From an uncultured virus (IMG/VR IMGVR_UViG_3300031278_000001) (lineage: Duplodnaviria > Heunggongvirae > Uroviricota > Caudoviricetes): a stretch of DNA of 64,000 nt. The notes under the pieces were generated by a model. That model was given only the letters and a program-made list of their open reading frames with translations. It was not told where the DNA came from and searched no databases. Shown here in pieces: positions 28,670-38,923 of the stretch. The translations under genes and the position numbers were made by a program. Location: IMG/VR virus record IMGVR_UViG_3300031278_000001, one strand, 5' to 3'. Within the stretch, counting starts at the first letter, position 1, and every line of letters begins with the position of its first letter.

Positions 28670-29107
28670 TCAATTTTCAACTTCTTTATTCTTTTTTCGC
28701 ACTACAATCTTCTCTTTCAATATATCTGGATTCTCAAAAAAATTACCTATCTTTATCATCATATCATCAACCGAACATAAATCATAACGATTATAATACA
28801 TACTATCAGAAGGTTCTCCATCTATATAAAAAACAAGTTTAAATCCAGCTCCTTGATCATCCCATTCAATTAAGTATATTGCATTCGTGAAAATTGATTT
28901 CAAAATATCCTTATCATATAAATCATTTTCCTCTCTATCTTCTCTTCCAGTGAAATCCATCAGAATATAATCTCCGGGACCAATCATCCAATCATTGTTG
29001 TCTGCCACTATCATTATAATACCATTGTTGTTAATAGAACTGATCTCTTTATAACTATACATTCTTTTTTTCTTTATATCCCACACTCTACATTTTCTAT
29101 CTTTCAT
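28670..29107 (-). CDS. YopX-family protein
   Basis: RVWD.KKKRM, LMDFTG..D, IGNFFENPDIL. Confidence 0.8.
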   Translation of the reverse strand: MKDRKCRVWDIKKKRMYSYKEISSINNNGIIMIVADNNDWMIGPGDYILMDFTGREDREENDLYDKDILKSIFTNAIYLIEWDDQGAGFKLVFYIDGEPSDSMYYNRYDLCSVDDMMIKIGNFFENPDILKEKIVVRKKNKEVEN

Positions 29108-29130
29108 CTTATATCTCCTTTTGTATATAT

Positions 29131-29170
29131 AATATAATCAAAAAATGAAATTTGTCAAGGAGGCAATTTA
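29131..29170 (-). promoter_or_regulatory. Conserved early sigma70 promoter
   Basis: TAAATTGCCTCC-TTGACA-N16-TATATT. Confidence 0.8.
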
Positions 29171-29446
29171 CTTTTCTTAAATTTGGGTGTAACCACCTGC
29201 AATATCTTTAATCTCTTTTATCAGATGACCAAGAAGTTCATTGGCGGATGCCGGGGCCATTGCTTTGATCCTCTCATATCTTTCGGCAAAGAAATTACAA
29301 CTATCCACGTCCACATCATATTGATACCTAGTTCCACTGGGATATGTTATTATAATCTTCTCCTCTTCCGGAACTATTTCTAGAGTAAAAATATGACGCT
29401 TATAATGATCCTGACTGTGAGTTTTTCCTACTTTATCCATTAAGAT

Positions 29447-29794
29447 TTATCCTTTTTTCAAAACTTTATCCAAAAATGTACCCTCAACTAAAAGAGTTTT
29501 TTCATCCCCATATTTTGCTATAATATTACAAGATTCTATTAACATACCTCCAGGACTTCCCAACTCTTTATATCTATTAAAAACCACTTCTGAAATTCTA
29601 AAGAGAACATCATCATCCACCCGTACTCTTGATGACACATTTTCTCCTATATTCTTTACAATGCCTTTCATTAAATTATCATAGCCACATACAAAAACTT
29701 TCGATTCCATATCCATTTCCACTTCTTCTTTTGTATAACATTCGCATTCACTGACTTTTTCTATTAACACTTTACTACCTAAAGCTTCTAGCAT
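29447..29794 (-). CDS. GroES-like co-chaperonin (divergent)
   Basis: MLEALGSKVLIE..KGIVKNIG..VRVDDDVLF..NIIA. Confidence 0.55.
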   Translation of the reverse strand: MLEALGSKVLIEKVSECECYTKEEVEMDMESKVFVCGYDNLMKGIVKNIGENVSSRVRVDDDVLFRISEVVFNRYKELGSPGGMLIESCNIIAKYGDEKTLLVEGTFLDKVLKKG

Positions 29795-30249
29795 CTTATA
29801 CCTCCAATTTTTTAGAAAATAACAAAACCTCATTATTTTCTTTCTCTAACTTCCAACCTTTCTCTTTATATTTTTCCAACAATTTTTTCTTCACCCGATT
29901 ATCTTTCATAACTTTCAATAAACTAATCAAAGTATCAAGTTCCTCATCGGATATCTCTCCTTTTAGCCAAATAGGATAACCATTATCTTGTATACCTATC
30001 TTAATTTCTTTTTTCATATTTTAATTTCCTTTCTTTATCTGCTTACCTTTTCAATCTTTTTTTTTGGTACTTTTGGTACAAAAACACCTAATTTATATTT
30101 ATAAAGTTGATATCCTTGTTTTTCCAATTTTGCTACTTGTTTATAATGAAATAATATAATAAAAAATAATGGGATCAATACAAACACCCCACCACATATA
30201 AAACCAACTATAAATTCAGCCATTTTTCACCCCTTTTTACTTTTTAACT

Positions 30250-30678
30250 TCATTGTTTTCCATCAAATTTTTTTCTACCCTCAATTAACTCACGCAACAA
30301 CTTACCTTCATCATTTAGAATATAAACTCCTATACCTTGTTTAGCAACATAAAAAGTCCATTTATTATCCCAACAATAATAATTCTGAACAGCAATACCT
30401 CTTCTATCAGAAAAACATGCTTTAATTATTAAAAAATAATAACCCATTACTTCTTTGCCATCTTTATTAACTACTAATGTACAGGATCCCTTTTCTTTTT
30501 CTTCATCTCTTACCCAGGGGCTCGCCCCAAAACTTAAAACATTATCCAATAATATATCAGTAGGATTCCCCTCATTGGGAATTATTACTTCAGTATAATA
30601 ATTCAAATGAAGTATATTATCATACATATAAAACCCACCATATTCACCATTATAATTATCTTCTATCTGCAATATCAT
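30250..30678 (-). CDS. Hypothetical protein, paralog of 26789..27100
   Basis: Shared termini. Confidence 0.6.
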   Translation of the reverse strand: MILQIEDNYNGEYGGFYMYDNILHLNYYTEVIIPNEGNPTDILLDNVLSFGASPWVRDEEKEKGSCTLVVNKDGKEVMGYYFLIIKACFSDRRGIAVQNYYCWDNKWTFYVAKQGIGVYILNDEGKLLRELIEGRKKFDGKQ

Positions 30679-30885
30679 TCACCCCTCCTCTCTGGATGGT
30701 AAAATCAATTCCCTTATAATCTCTTCATCTTTTATTATAGCAAGTCCTTCACCCTCCCGTCTTCTTTTGAGAGAATAGTGTAATAATGCCAAAGCTATTC
30801 TTAAAGTTTCAGGAAAAGAACTTCCTGTCCACTCTTTAATCTCTTCTAAAACTTCATAGGCTCGTTTGTTAAATATCACCTTCAT
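30679..30885 (-). CDS. Ribbon-helix-helix-like DNA-binding protein
   Basis: V.F...AY..LEEI...TG.S..ETLR.ALAL. Confidence 0.55.
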   Translation of the reverse strand: MKVIFNKRAYEVLEEIKEWTGSSFPETLRIALALLHYSLKRRREGEGLAIIKDEEIIRELILPSREEG

Positions 30886-30995
30886 CTCTTTTGAACCATC
30901 TCATCTTATACCTCCAACTTTATCTTCCCATACATATTGTAAATACAATCAAAAAACATATACACAACAACAAAAAAATTAATAATTTTTTCATA

Positions 30996-31490
30996 TCAAT
31001 CACATAAGTTCAAAAAGTTCTTTTTAAACAATTCCAAACTTCTCTCCAATTTCTTATTGTTCCTTATCTCTTTCGCATATTTTACCTCCAATAATTCTCT
31101 TGGTTTTCCTTCTAATCCCTCAATACTTATAAAATCATTATCCTGATCCGCAACAAGTTGAAAACCTGAAATCATTTGATCCACTAAATAATCCCATATG
31201 TATTCAGTTAAATGAGTTGGATAATCATGTTGTATTCTCTTCATCTCAATCAACATCTCAGAAATAACTTTGCCAAGATAAGCATACATATCCCATATAT
31301 CACAATCAGCCCAACCCCTCTTTGCCCGCTGTCTTCTCCATTTTATATTCTTAATACAAAGTTCAAAGTCATAGACAAAATCACCACCAAATAAATATCT
31401 TAATGTCTCTTCTAAGACTTCAAACTTAGAAAATCTCTTATAATTATTACCTCTAAACCACCGAATTAAATCCGTTATTGAAACATACAT
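30996..31490 (-). CDS. Phage hypothetical protein
   Basis: QRAKRGWADCDIWDM..YL..VI..ML motif. Confidence 0.6.
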   Translation of the reverse strand: MYVSITDLIRWFRGNNYKRFSKFEVLEETLRYLFGGDFVYDFELCIKNIKWRRQRAKRGWADCDIWDMYAYLGKVISEMLIEMKRIQHDYPTHLTEYIWDYLVDQMISGFQLVADQDNDFISIEGLEGKPRELLEVKYAKEIRNNKKLERSLELFKKNFLNLCD

Positions 31491-31504
31491 CTTATATCTC
31501 CTTT

Positions 31505-31690
31505 TTAATCTTCACCAAAAACATCATCTTGACAATTCTAGCACAAACCTGATATCTTAAATTCTTTTAATGAAAGTTCATCTCTAAAATCTACTGCTTC
31601 TACTTTATCATTACAAAAAGGACAAACACTGTCCTCTACTTTTTTTATTATCTCTTCTCCAAAAATTGTTCTAATTATTTCCTTATTCAT
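31505..31690 (-). pseudogene. Small Zn-finger gene interrupted by an in-frame TAG
   Basis: CPFC..FRDELSLKEFKISGLC*NCQDDVFGED; TAG 31538..31540 falls inside the second CxxC. Confidence 0.6.
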
Positions 31691-32559
31691 TTTCTTTGAA
31701 ATCTTTACGCCTTTTATCATATAATAACTTGATGTCATTACGTTTTCCCTCTACCTCTAACTTAGAAAATTCATCTTCATCAGTATCGCTATAAAAATCC
31801 CATCCGCCTCTTAAACAATTATCAATATCATAAAGCATATCTCTTAAGCTCTTATGCACTTTCTTACCATGTAAAGTAATCTTTCCCCCACCATCTATAT
31901 TATAATATACAGAATCTATTTTAGTCTCAATTTTGTACGCATCTTCTAATAATATTAAACCCGGACAGGGAGAAAACGGAATCTCCACCTGACGTCTGAT
32001 CAACTCCACATTTCGGTGTGTCCAACAAACTCTTCTTACAACATCCACCTCATATCTGATCATATATTCATCTCTCCTAAACTTCTCCAAATTTTTATCT
32101 CAACCAATCTTGCATGTTGCTTACAATTATTGCTTAATTCATTTAAGTTTCTCATCTATACTATATCTTTTCTTTTCATTTCTACCTTCTTTAAATCTTT
32201 CTTCAATTGCAGGCAATATTCTATACTTAGAATAATTACGAACCCCTTCGTATATAGCATTAAAAACCCTCTGGTAAGACTCAAATCCATCTTGTAAAAT
32301 ATCATTCACTTTTTCAACCGTCAATTTTGTCTCAATTTTTATTTCCTCTTTCATCTTTATCTCCTATTTTCAAGCAATAAATCATCTACAATCTCTTTCC
32401 CCCACCCTCGATCTTTATTTTTCTCATCAAAATCTTTCAAACATTTTTCATTGAACTGAAGAATAAAGTTTAATAAATACTTACTATCTTTTCTCTCTAT
32501 CTTTCCCGATTCATCTTTCATATTCAATCTCCTTTATCTAAAAATTAATTTATATTCTG

Positions 32560-32917
32560 TGGTTCCAGCCGGGATTTGAACCCGGAATCCAGCTTTCGGC
32601 GGTAAAGCAAGTTTTCTTTATATTGTTTTTGTCACCCACCAGGGAGTCGCTGTTCCCATGTCATATATTATCGGGTAGATAACCATCTAACACCCACAAA
32701 GCTACCTTACACGCCCGGACTTGCCAGTATACCGAAATATCAGACATTTAATTTTATCATCCTATTAACCATCTCATCCTCAGGAATCTTTTGAATCCCT
32801 TACAAAGATTTATAATACAATGATAAACACTTCAAGTGGCTCCCCTATTAAGGTCAAATGTTAAATACTGCAGAACATTATCAGCCCTAGCCTCTACCAT
32901 TTTGGCTTACTGGAACC
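32560..32917 (-). ncRNA. 358-nt tRNA-like RNA with a structured insert of about 290 nt replacing the anticodon arm
   Basis: GGTTCCAG/CTGGAACC; D-arm AGCC-AAAATGGTAGA-GGCT; T-arm CCGGG-TTCAAAT-CCCGG; nested internal stems. Confidence 0.7.
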
Positions 32918-33013
32918 ATATTAGGCGGGCGAACCCCTTATACAATAATAAAAAAAATAAGGAGGTTATTTGCACTAAAAATAATATAAGAGATCCACTC
33001 ACATATCTTTATA

Positions 33014-33088
33014 TCGGGAAGCTTGGATTCGAACCAAGGATCCCGTGCTCCCAGGGCACGTGTGTTGACCTGGCTACACTACTTCCCG
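33014..33088 (-). tRNA. tRNA-Pro(TGG)
   Basis: CGGGAAG/CTTCCCG-A; anticodon arm CGTGC-CCTGGGA-GCACG; T-arm CTTGG-TTCGAAT-CCAAG; no encoded CCA. Confidence 0.92.
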
Positions 33089-33095
33089 AAATATT

Positions 33096-33181
33096 TGGTG
33101 CGGGAAAATAGGATTTCCCTATTCTGCACTTGTTCCCCATAGAGAGCGTTGCTTACTCAATCCATGAAGAAAATTTCCCGC
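33096..33181 (-). ncRNA. Degenerate tRNA-like RNA with encoded CCA
   Basis: GCGGGAA/TTCCCGC-A-CCA; T-like arm AATAG-GGAAATC-CTATT. Confidence 0.55.
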
Positions 33182-33223
33182 ATATATTATATTTTCAAAG
33201 AACAATACAACTTACTCTTATAT

Positions 33224-33263
33224 AGTATAATCAAACATTCTTATTTGTCAAGGGGGCAATTTA
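33224..33263 (-). promoter_or_regulatory. Conserved early sigma70 promoter upstream of the tRNA cluster
   Basis: TAAATTGCCCCC-TTGACA-N16-TATACT. Confidence 0.8.
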
Positions 33264-33484
33264 CTTTTTATTATATTACATGTGGGATAAAACTTTCCAT
33301 ACTTTTTCGCCTCTCTCAATCTGTTCTCTCAAAGTCAACTTTGATATCTTCGTATCCTTTTCAAATCTCTTCCTATCGAATATCCACACACATCCAACAC
33401 TTCGTAAAAGTCCTTTTTCTGAAACATATATCACTATACTCTCGGTATATAAAGTCACATACCCTCTCTTTATAAATCATTGTA

Positions 33485-33967
33485 TCACTTCGCCATAAAT
33501 TTTAGCATTCTTCGGGATTCCTCTTTAAGCATTTCAGATTGTTCCTTTTTTTCTTTCTCCTCTATATCCATCGCCACAGCCATCATCATCCTAAAAAAAG
33601 CATGAGCTAGATGATCCTCTTGTTCATCGCCGGCCAAGTATCCATAAATATGTGCAAGGGAATAATTCAAATGACTCTCCGCATCTATCAGTCTTCAATT
33701 ATCACGCTTATACCCTCTCTGGATCCCATAGTGTAAGACATCCGCCAGTTTAAATAACGCCTTCGAATCCATAAGATGAAAAGCATAAGGGAGATCTGAC
33801 TGCTCTCCGCCATTCTCATTTGTTACAACCGGTGTATCAGGTCCAACACCTTTTATAGAAGACCCTGCTTTGGGATGTCCCGGTCTGTCAGCAAAATATC
33901 TGTCTCTCACTCTCAACCCACCTTTACGTACATCTCCTGGTATAACTTTACTTAATCCATCTTTCAT
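33485..33967 (-). pseudogene. dATP/dGTP diphosphohydrolase-like (DUF5664-type) gene split by an in-frame TGA
   Basis: ADVLHYG...YKRDN*RLI..ESHLNYSLAHI..YLAGD..EDHLAHA; stop at 33695..33697 where Trp is expected. Confidence 0.7.
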
Positions 33968-34529
33968 CTTTCCTCCTTCTTTATCTTTTCTAAAACTTCT
34001 TTTGCCAAAAACCTTCCCAATTCTTTGGGATCTTTTTGAAGTTCAAGCAATTTCTTTTCCTGCGTTGCTTTCGGAAAATATATCTCATTAAATTCTTTTA
34101 TCGTTCTAATCATTTTCCCTTTTATATCTTTCATTTCAACTCAATAACATCTTCTCTATCAGATTTTTTCCAATAAGGTTTATCTTTTTTATCAAATACT
34201 TTTATATATATTTCATCTTTCATTTTTTCTTTACCTCCCAATTTATCTTTCATCTTTTACCTCCTACGCCATATTTCTTTTTTTACTTATCTCTTTTCTC
34301 CATTTCTCTAAACATTCTTTACAAAATATACTATTCATATCTTCTCTATACAACCATCCAATATACTTCAAATATTTTAAAAGATAATCTCCATATCTTT
34401 CATCACTATAATCAATATCAGATAAAACTTCTATTTCATTACCGCAACCATCACAAGACATTTTAAAATTCCACCAAATATGATAATTCAAATTGCCATC
34501 ATCACTGGCTTCCACCGCAATTTTCTCTA

Positions 34530-34910
34530 TCATCCAATCTTCTCCTTAATATATTTTGAATGGCTATCAACAAAATCATTGTACAACCATTCAGGAGTTT
34601 TTATCCTAATCTTTTCAACTTTCTCATGTTGCAATAACACTGTATATGCACCAAGATATATTTTTTTTCTATCACAATCTCTAAAACATAATTCTTCAAC
34701 CATCTCCCTAATATATCTCTTCACCAAAAAAGGTTCATAACCTTTCCAATTCTTAACCGCACTTTTCTTTGCCTTATGTTCATCAAACACACCCAATAAA
34801 ACTCTAGCGATATCCATGCACTCTATCATATGTTTCTCAAGAGTCCTATCTCTCAGAGAAGGAACAGCATTTACTATATCCGGATAAAAACCTTGCTTCT
34901 TCTTTTTCAT
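34530..34910 (-). CDS. Divergent pyrimidine-dimer DNA glycosylase-like protein
   Basis: L..RTLEKH.IE..DI, AVKNWKGYE..L..Y..EM..E, PEWL....DSH. Confidence 0.5.
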   Translation of the reverse strand: MKKKKQGFYPDIVNAVPSLRDRTLEKHMIECMDIARVLLGVFDEHKAKKSAVKNWKGYEPFLVKRYIREMVEELCFRDCDRKKIYLGAYTVLLQHEKVEKIRIKTPEWLYNDFVDSHSKYIKEKIG

Positions 34911-35210
34911 CTAATTTCTCTCAAGAAATCTTCCTATAAATTGATATAATTTACTGACTTCCACTTTATCCAACATGATCAGATCATCTCCCAAACATTC
35001 TATCCTGCCCCGGAAGATCTCCCACATTAGTTTAAGCTGATCTAACCACGTAAAATGATTACGTAATATAGGATATTTAACACTCCAAATAGAAACCGCT
35101 AGAAAAGGATGTTCATCATCTGGCAACTCCTCAACTTTCAAAGCACAATAATTACAACTACATAAAAAATATTCACCTTCTTTCTTATCTTTCTTCAATT
35201 TTACCTCCAA

Positions 35211-35747
35211 TTACTTTTTTAACAAAATAGCAATCTTTTCCTCAAGATCCTTTATAGAATCTTTAAACAAAGGAGTATCCAAAACATTACCCACCATATC
35301 TGGAAAAGGTATCACACTTAATAATAATCCATTTGACAAAAAAAGCAAGGCATCATAACACAATATAATACATTTCTGAACCTCTATTGGAATATTGCCA
35401 TTCACTTTTGCTTTCTCTTTGCCCGCTTTATGAAATAATATAAGAGATCTCTTTATCATATTATCCACAGAATATTGTATAAAATTATCATCTTTCTCCT
35501 CAATCAGTTCAAGAACTATATCCTCTTTACTGAATAGCTTCATATCCTCTTTAATAGAGGCTACAAACAAACAAATCTCTGCCGATAAATCTTTCCAACA
35601 AACACCCGGTTCACATGGTTGATGATATAAAAATAATCTATTTAAAATAGATATAATACTTCCAACTATTTTCTTAACTGCAAACTCATAACTACTAGCA
35701 CAACCCTCAAAAATATCTTCCGGAACTATTTCACATGTATCTATCAT
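35211..35747 (-). CDS. Hypothetical protein
   Basis: 178-aa ORF in operon. Confidence 0.55.
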   Translation of the reverse strand: MIDTCEIVPEDIFEGCASSYEFAVKKIVGSIISILNRLFLYHQPCEPGVCWKDLSAEICLFVASIKEDMKLFSKEDIVLELIEEKDDNFIQYSVDNMIKRSLILFHKAGKEKAKVNGNIPIEVQKCIILCYDALLFLSNGLLLSVIPFPDMVGNVLDTPLFKDSIKDLEEKIAILLKK

Positions 35748-37303
35748 CTATCTTATTCTCTTAACATCTTTTCATGCTCTTCACGCAACTCATTCATAGC
35801 CTCTTTTAAACTCTCTTCCGGTTCAAAACCATAACAAGCTCGATTCTCCTCCTCCCAAGTTAATTCTGTTAAATTAGGATCTACCATATCATCTCAACGA
35901 TGTAAATTCATTAACGCCAATTCAATTTCACCTTCCACCCAAGATACAAAAGCGGTTTCAAAAGTAAAATGTTCATCAATACTTATATCATTTTCCATAA
36001 AAGATATTTTCAACGCCTCAATAGATTCTTCATCCAAAGTTATTGGCACATTAATAGTTCGATCAGCCATTATCATTCCCCCTTATTACTGAGAAGAATT
36101 ACAATACAAGAATGCTGTGGTACACACAGCTTATGTTCAGTAGAGCAATTCTTATATGATTTACGTCTCTTCTCATTTATTTACAGTTTCTAATTTCCAT
36201 GACAAAAATTTAAACAACCTAGGTTTTTTCTCATCCTTCGCCAACCAACAAGTATTACAAATTTCTCTATCACTATCAGTGGGATCTAAAAATAATTTAT
36301 CAACTTCCTTATGACACTTATCACAACACCTTTTCATTTTCTATTCTCCCGGATTTTTTGTTTGCCTTAAATAATATCCGCAACTTCCCAGCCAACTTCT
36401 GTCGTAGCGTCATCTAATTTATGACCAGTTCTAATTAGTCCTAAATTGAAGGCTTCCATTTTCATGTTACTTAACCTGACGATAAAAGGTGCGAATCTTT
36501 CTTTTTGCTTTTGTTCTTTTGTTTTACAGATTCTCATATCAAACTAATTGATACAATATTTTCCAAGTCTAATTCAAATGCAGCCTGTTCCAATGCCTTA
36601 AGAATATTATCTGCCTTATAAGTATAGGTATGTTCAACTATATCATCCACATCATATACCACACTACAAATTACTTCATATTCATTCATTGGGATCCTCC
36701 TTATATCTTATCTCCACCTCTTTAACATTATGTTTATTTTTTATCATTTCTCTAATAGGCAATATAATCTGTTCTTCAACATTGTTATAACGTTCAAAAC
36801 CATCTTTTCCAACTATTTCTATATTATAAACATCTTCTTTATTTTTCATCTTTAGATCTCCTTCTTCCTCTTCATCTTATCATTTATTTTTTTCTTCTTG
36901 TCCCTTATCATTAATTTAATTCGTCTAACTTCTTCCTTCATATCTTCTTTGAAATTATAGTTATAATCAAACTCTAAATCCTCAACAGGTTCCTACATTA
37001 TTTACTTATCAAACTTTTCCATCCAAGCATATATACCAATAGTAAACAAAGCTCCCACAACAAAACTTACTATACAACAAAGAAAAAAAATTCTGTGGTA
37101 ATATTATTCACTTTGACTCCTTATCTTTCTTTTCTTTCTCCATTATCAAAACATTCAAGAGATCTTCAACCAACATCATTTTACCCATCAAAGCCTTCAT
37201 CCCTCTTCCAATATTATGAATCTCATCTTCGATGTTCATCAAAGGATCCACCTCAATAGACCTCAACGCCTCAATATGTGTTTTAGCTCTCTTCAATCTC
37301 TTC

Positions 37304-37981
37304 TTATACATTTAATTTCTTATTACATTCCGGACATAACTCCTGCTCATCATCTATCTTCCAGCTAGCAGTTATAGCCTCTTTATCCGCCTCATATTTG
37401 GTCCTTCCATAGAAAAGAGATTCTCCCTCACATTCAACACATTCATATTCAAATGGAAGAGATGTTGCCTGCACCAACCCATATTCAGATTTATTATCTT
37501 TCCAATCATTATACAGATCTTGGACTGTAACATTACATAATTCAACACTTGTTATCTCAAAATCATCTTCATTGCCAACCACCTTAAAATAATCAAAACC
37601 CCCATCTACCGCAACATGTCCACATGAACAACTTCTATAATCATGTTTTGTCCGGGAATAAACAACATCCCCACATATATTGCACTGTACCGCAGGGACA
37701 ATAATCCTATCATCCTCAATCTTGAGAACCATACCCGCATCTTCCTCAATAAATTTCAATAACTTCCGGAGACCACTATTTCTTAACTGTCGTACTCTCT
37801 CCCGAGTTATTCCAAAAATATCACCTATTTCCTGTAAAGTACGCATCCTTGAAGATAAAATACCATAATAATCCTTTTTCACCTTCTCCTCTAATTGTAG
37901 TATAGTACATCCTCCAACAACTTTATAATCCACAGTAATCCTCAGAATCTTTATACCCATATATATTTTTCCATCTATCAA
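37304..37981 (-). CDS. sigma70 region-4 HTH fused to Zn-binding domains
   Basis: RTLQEIGDIFGITRERVRQL; QCNICGD..S...HDYRSCSCG.VAVDGG; start uncertain. Confidence 0.7.
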   Translation of the reverse strand: MIDGKIYMGIKILRITVDYKVVGGCTILQLEEKVKKDYYGILSSRMRTLQEIGDIFGITRERVRQLRNSGLRKLLKFIEEDAGMVLKIEDDRIIVPAVQCNICGDVVYSRTKHDYRSCSCGHVAVDGGFDYFKVVGNEDDFEITSVELCNVTVQDLYNDWKDNKSEYGLVQATSLPFEYECVECEGESLFYGRTKYEADKEAITASWKIDDEQELCPECNKKLNV

Positions 37982-38163
37982 TCCACAACCGGTTAAATCT
38001 CTTCACTACATATTGATCAAACCACCACCACTTATAATAAGATAACATTACACTCTCTCCATATATCTGAGAGTGTGGCCTTCTTTTCATCTCACAATCA
38101 ACACCAAATAAAGAATTGATATCTTGCTTTATACCCATCGTACAGCCTCACTTTTATAATCAT

Positions 38164-38481
38164 CTATCTCTCCTTTAATCTTCTTAAAGCATTATCTTTG
38201 AGTTGACGAACTCTTTCTCGGGAAACACCTATCATATCTCCAATCTCTTTTAGACTATAAAACCGAATTGCATTCTCCTCTTCTGGAAAGTAATCTTTTA
38301 AAATATCCAACCCAAAATAAAGACCGAGAACAAACTTATCTCTCTCATTAAGTTGTTGATTATAACAATAATAAGCTTGACGATTCCAACCTCTTGTTAA
38401 ACTTTTAACTCCACTTTTTGAATTTAATATCTTTCTCATATCTTCTCTCGCCTTCAAATGTCTCTTATGAATTGTTCCCAT
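38164..38481 (-). CDS. Stand-alone sigma70 region-4 protein
   Basis: LNERDKFVL.LYFGL..YSLKEIG.MIGVSRERVRQLKDNALRRL. Confidence 0.85.
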   Translation of the reverse strand: MGTIHKRHLKAREDMRKILNSKSGVKSLTRGWNRQAYYCYNQQLNERDKFVLGLYFGLDILKDYFPEEENAIRFYSLKEIGDMIGVSRERVRQLKDNALRRLKER

Positions 38482-38487
38482 AATTTC

Positions 38488-38527
38488 ATTATAATCATTT
38501 TTTGCTGTTTGTCAAAGGGGTAATTTA
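38488..38527 (-). promoter_or_regulatory. Conserved early sigma70 promoter (probably leaderless transcript)
   Basis: TAAATTACCCCT-TTGACA-N16-TATAAT, ending 6 nt before ATG 38481. Confidence 0.75.
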
Positions 38528-38608
38528 ATACCCCACAAAAATAAGGAGTAATATTCACTAATTATAACCATACATATTTATTTTTAATAATATATAGTCA
38601 TAGACCTA

Positions 38609-38917
38609 TTAACTAATTTTCTCTTTAGATATCTTTTCAGCAAAATTCTGCCATATCTTTGTAGCACCGAAAGATATAAATGGGGCGATCCACACTGTTT
38701 TAATGGCAGCAAACATTTCTGTGTTCCTCCACAATCCTGCAAGTGATATAATAATTAATACATCAACAAAAGTTTCAAGTTGTTTTGCTTTGAAATAAAC
38801 AAGAATACCAGGTATACTACAAGGTATATTTGGATGTGCCTCACTAAGAAGTACCATCCCAACTTTTACAAGATAACCTATTAATAACATTATACTGAGC
38901 GCAAAAATATTCATCAC
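38609..38917 (-). CDS. Small multi-TM protein (holin candidate)
   Basis: Two to three hydrophobic helices and a basic C-terminus. Confidence 0.4.
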   Translation of the reverse strand: MMNIFALSIMLLIGYLVKVGMVLLSEAHPNIPCSIPGILVYFKAKQLETFVDVLIIISLAGLWRNTEMFAAIKTVWIAPFISFGATKIWQNFAEKISKEKIS

Positions 38918-38923
38918 TCCTCC

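Noticed and set aside
32560..32917. RNase P RNA, group I intron or hammerhead ribozyme
   Set aside because: AAGTCCGGGC resembles RNase P CR-I, but GAGGAAAG and ACAGAA are missing. No complete group I P7 pairing was found. CTGATAA...GAAA lacks a hammerhead stem II. Not formally excluded without Infernal
31505..33967. Genome-wide stop-codon reassignment
   Set aside because: TAG and TGA both end many genes right before the next gene, and long genes are uninterrupted in code 11
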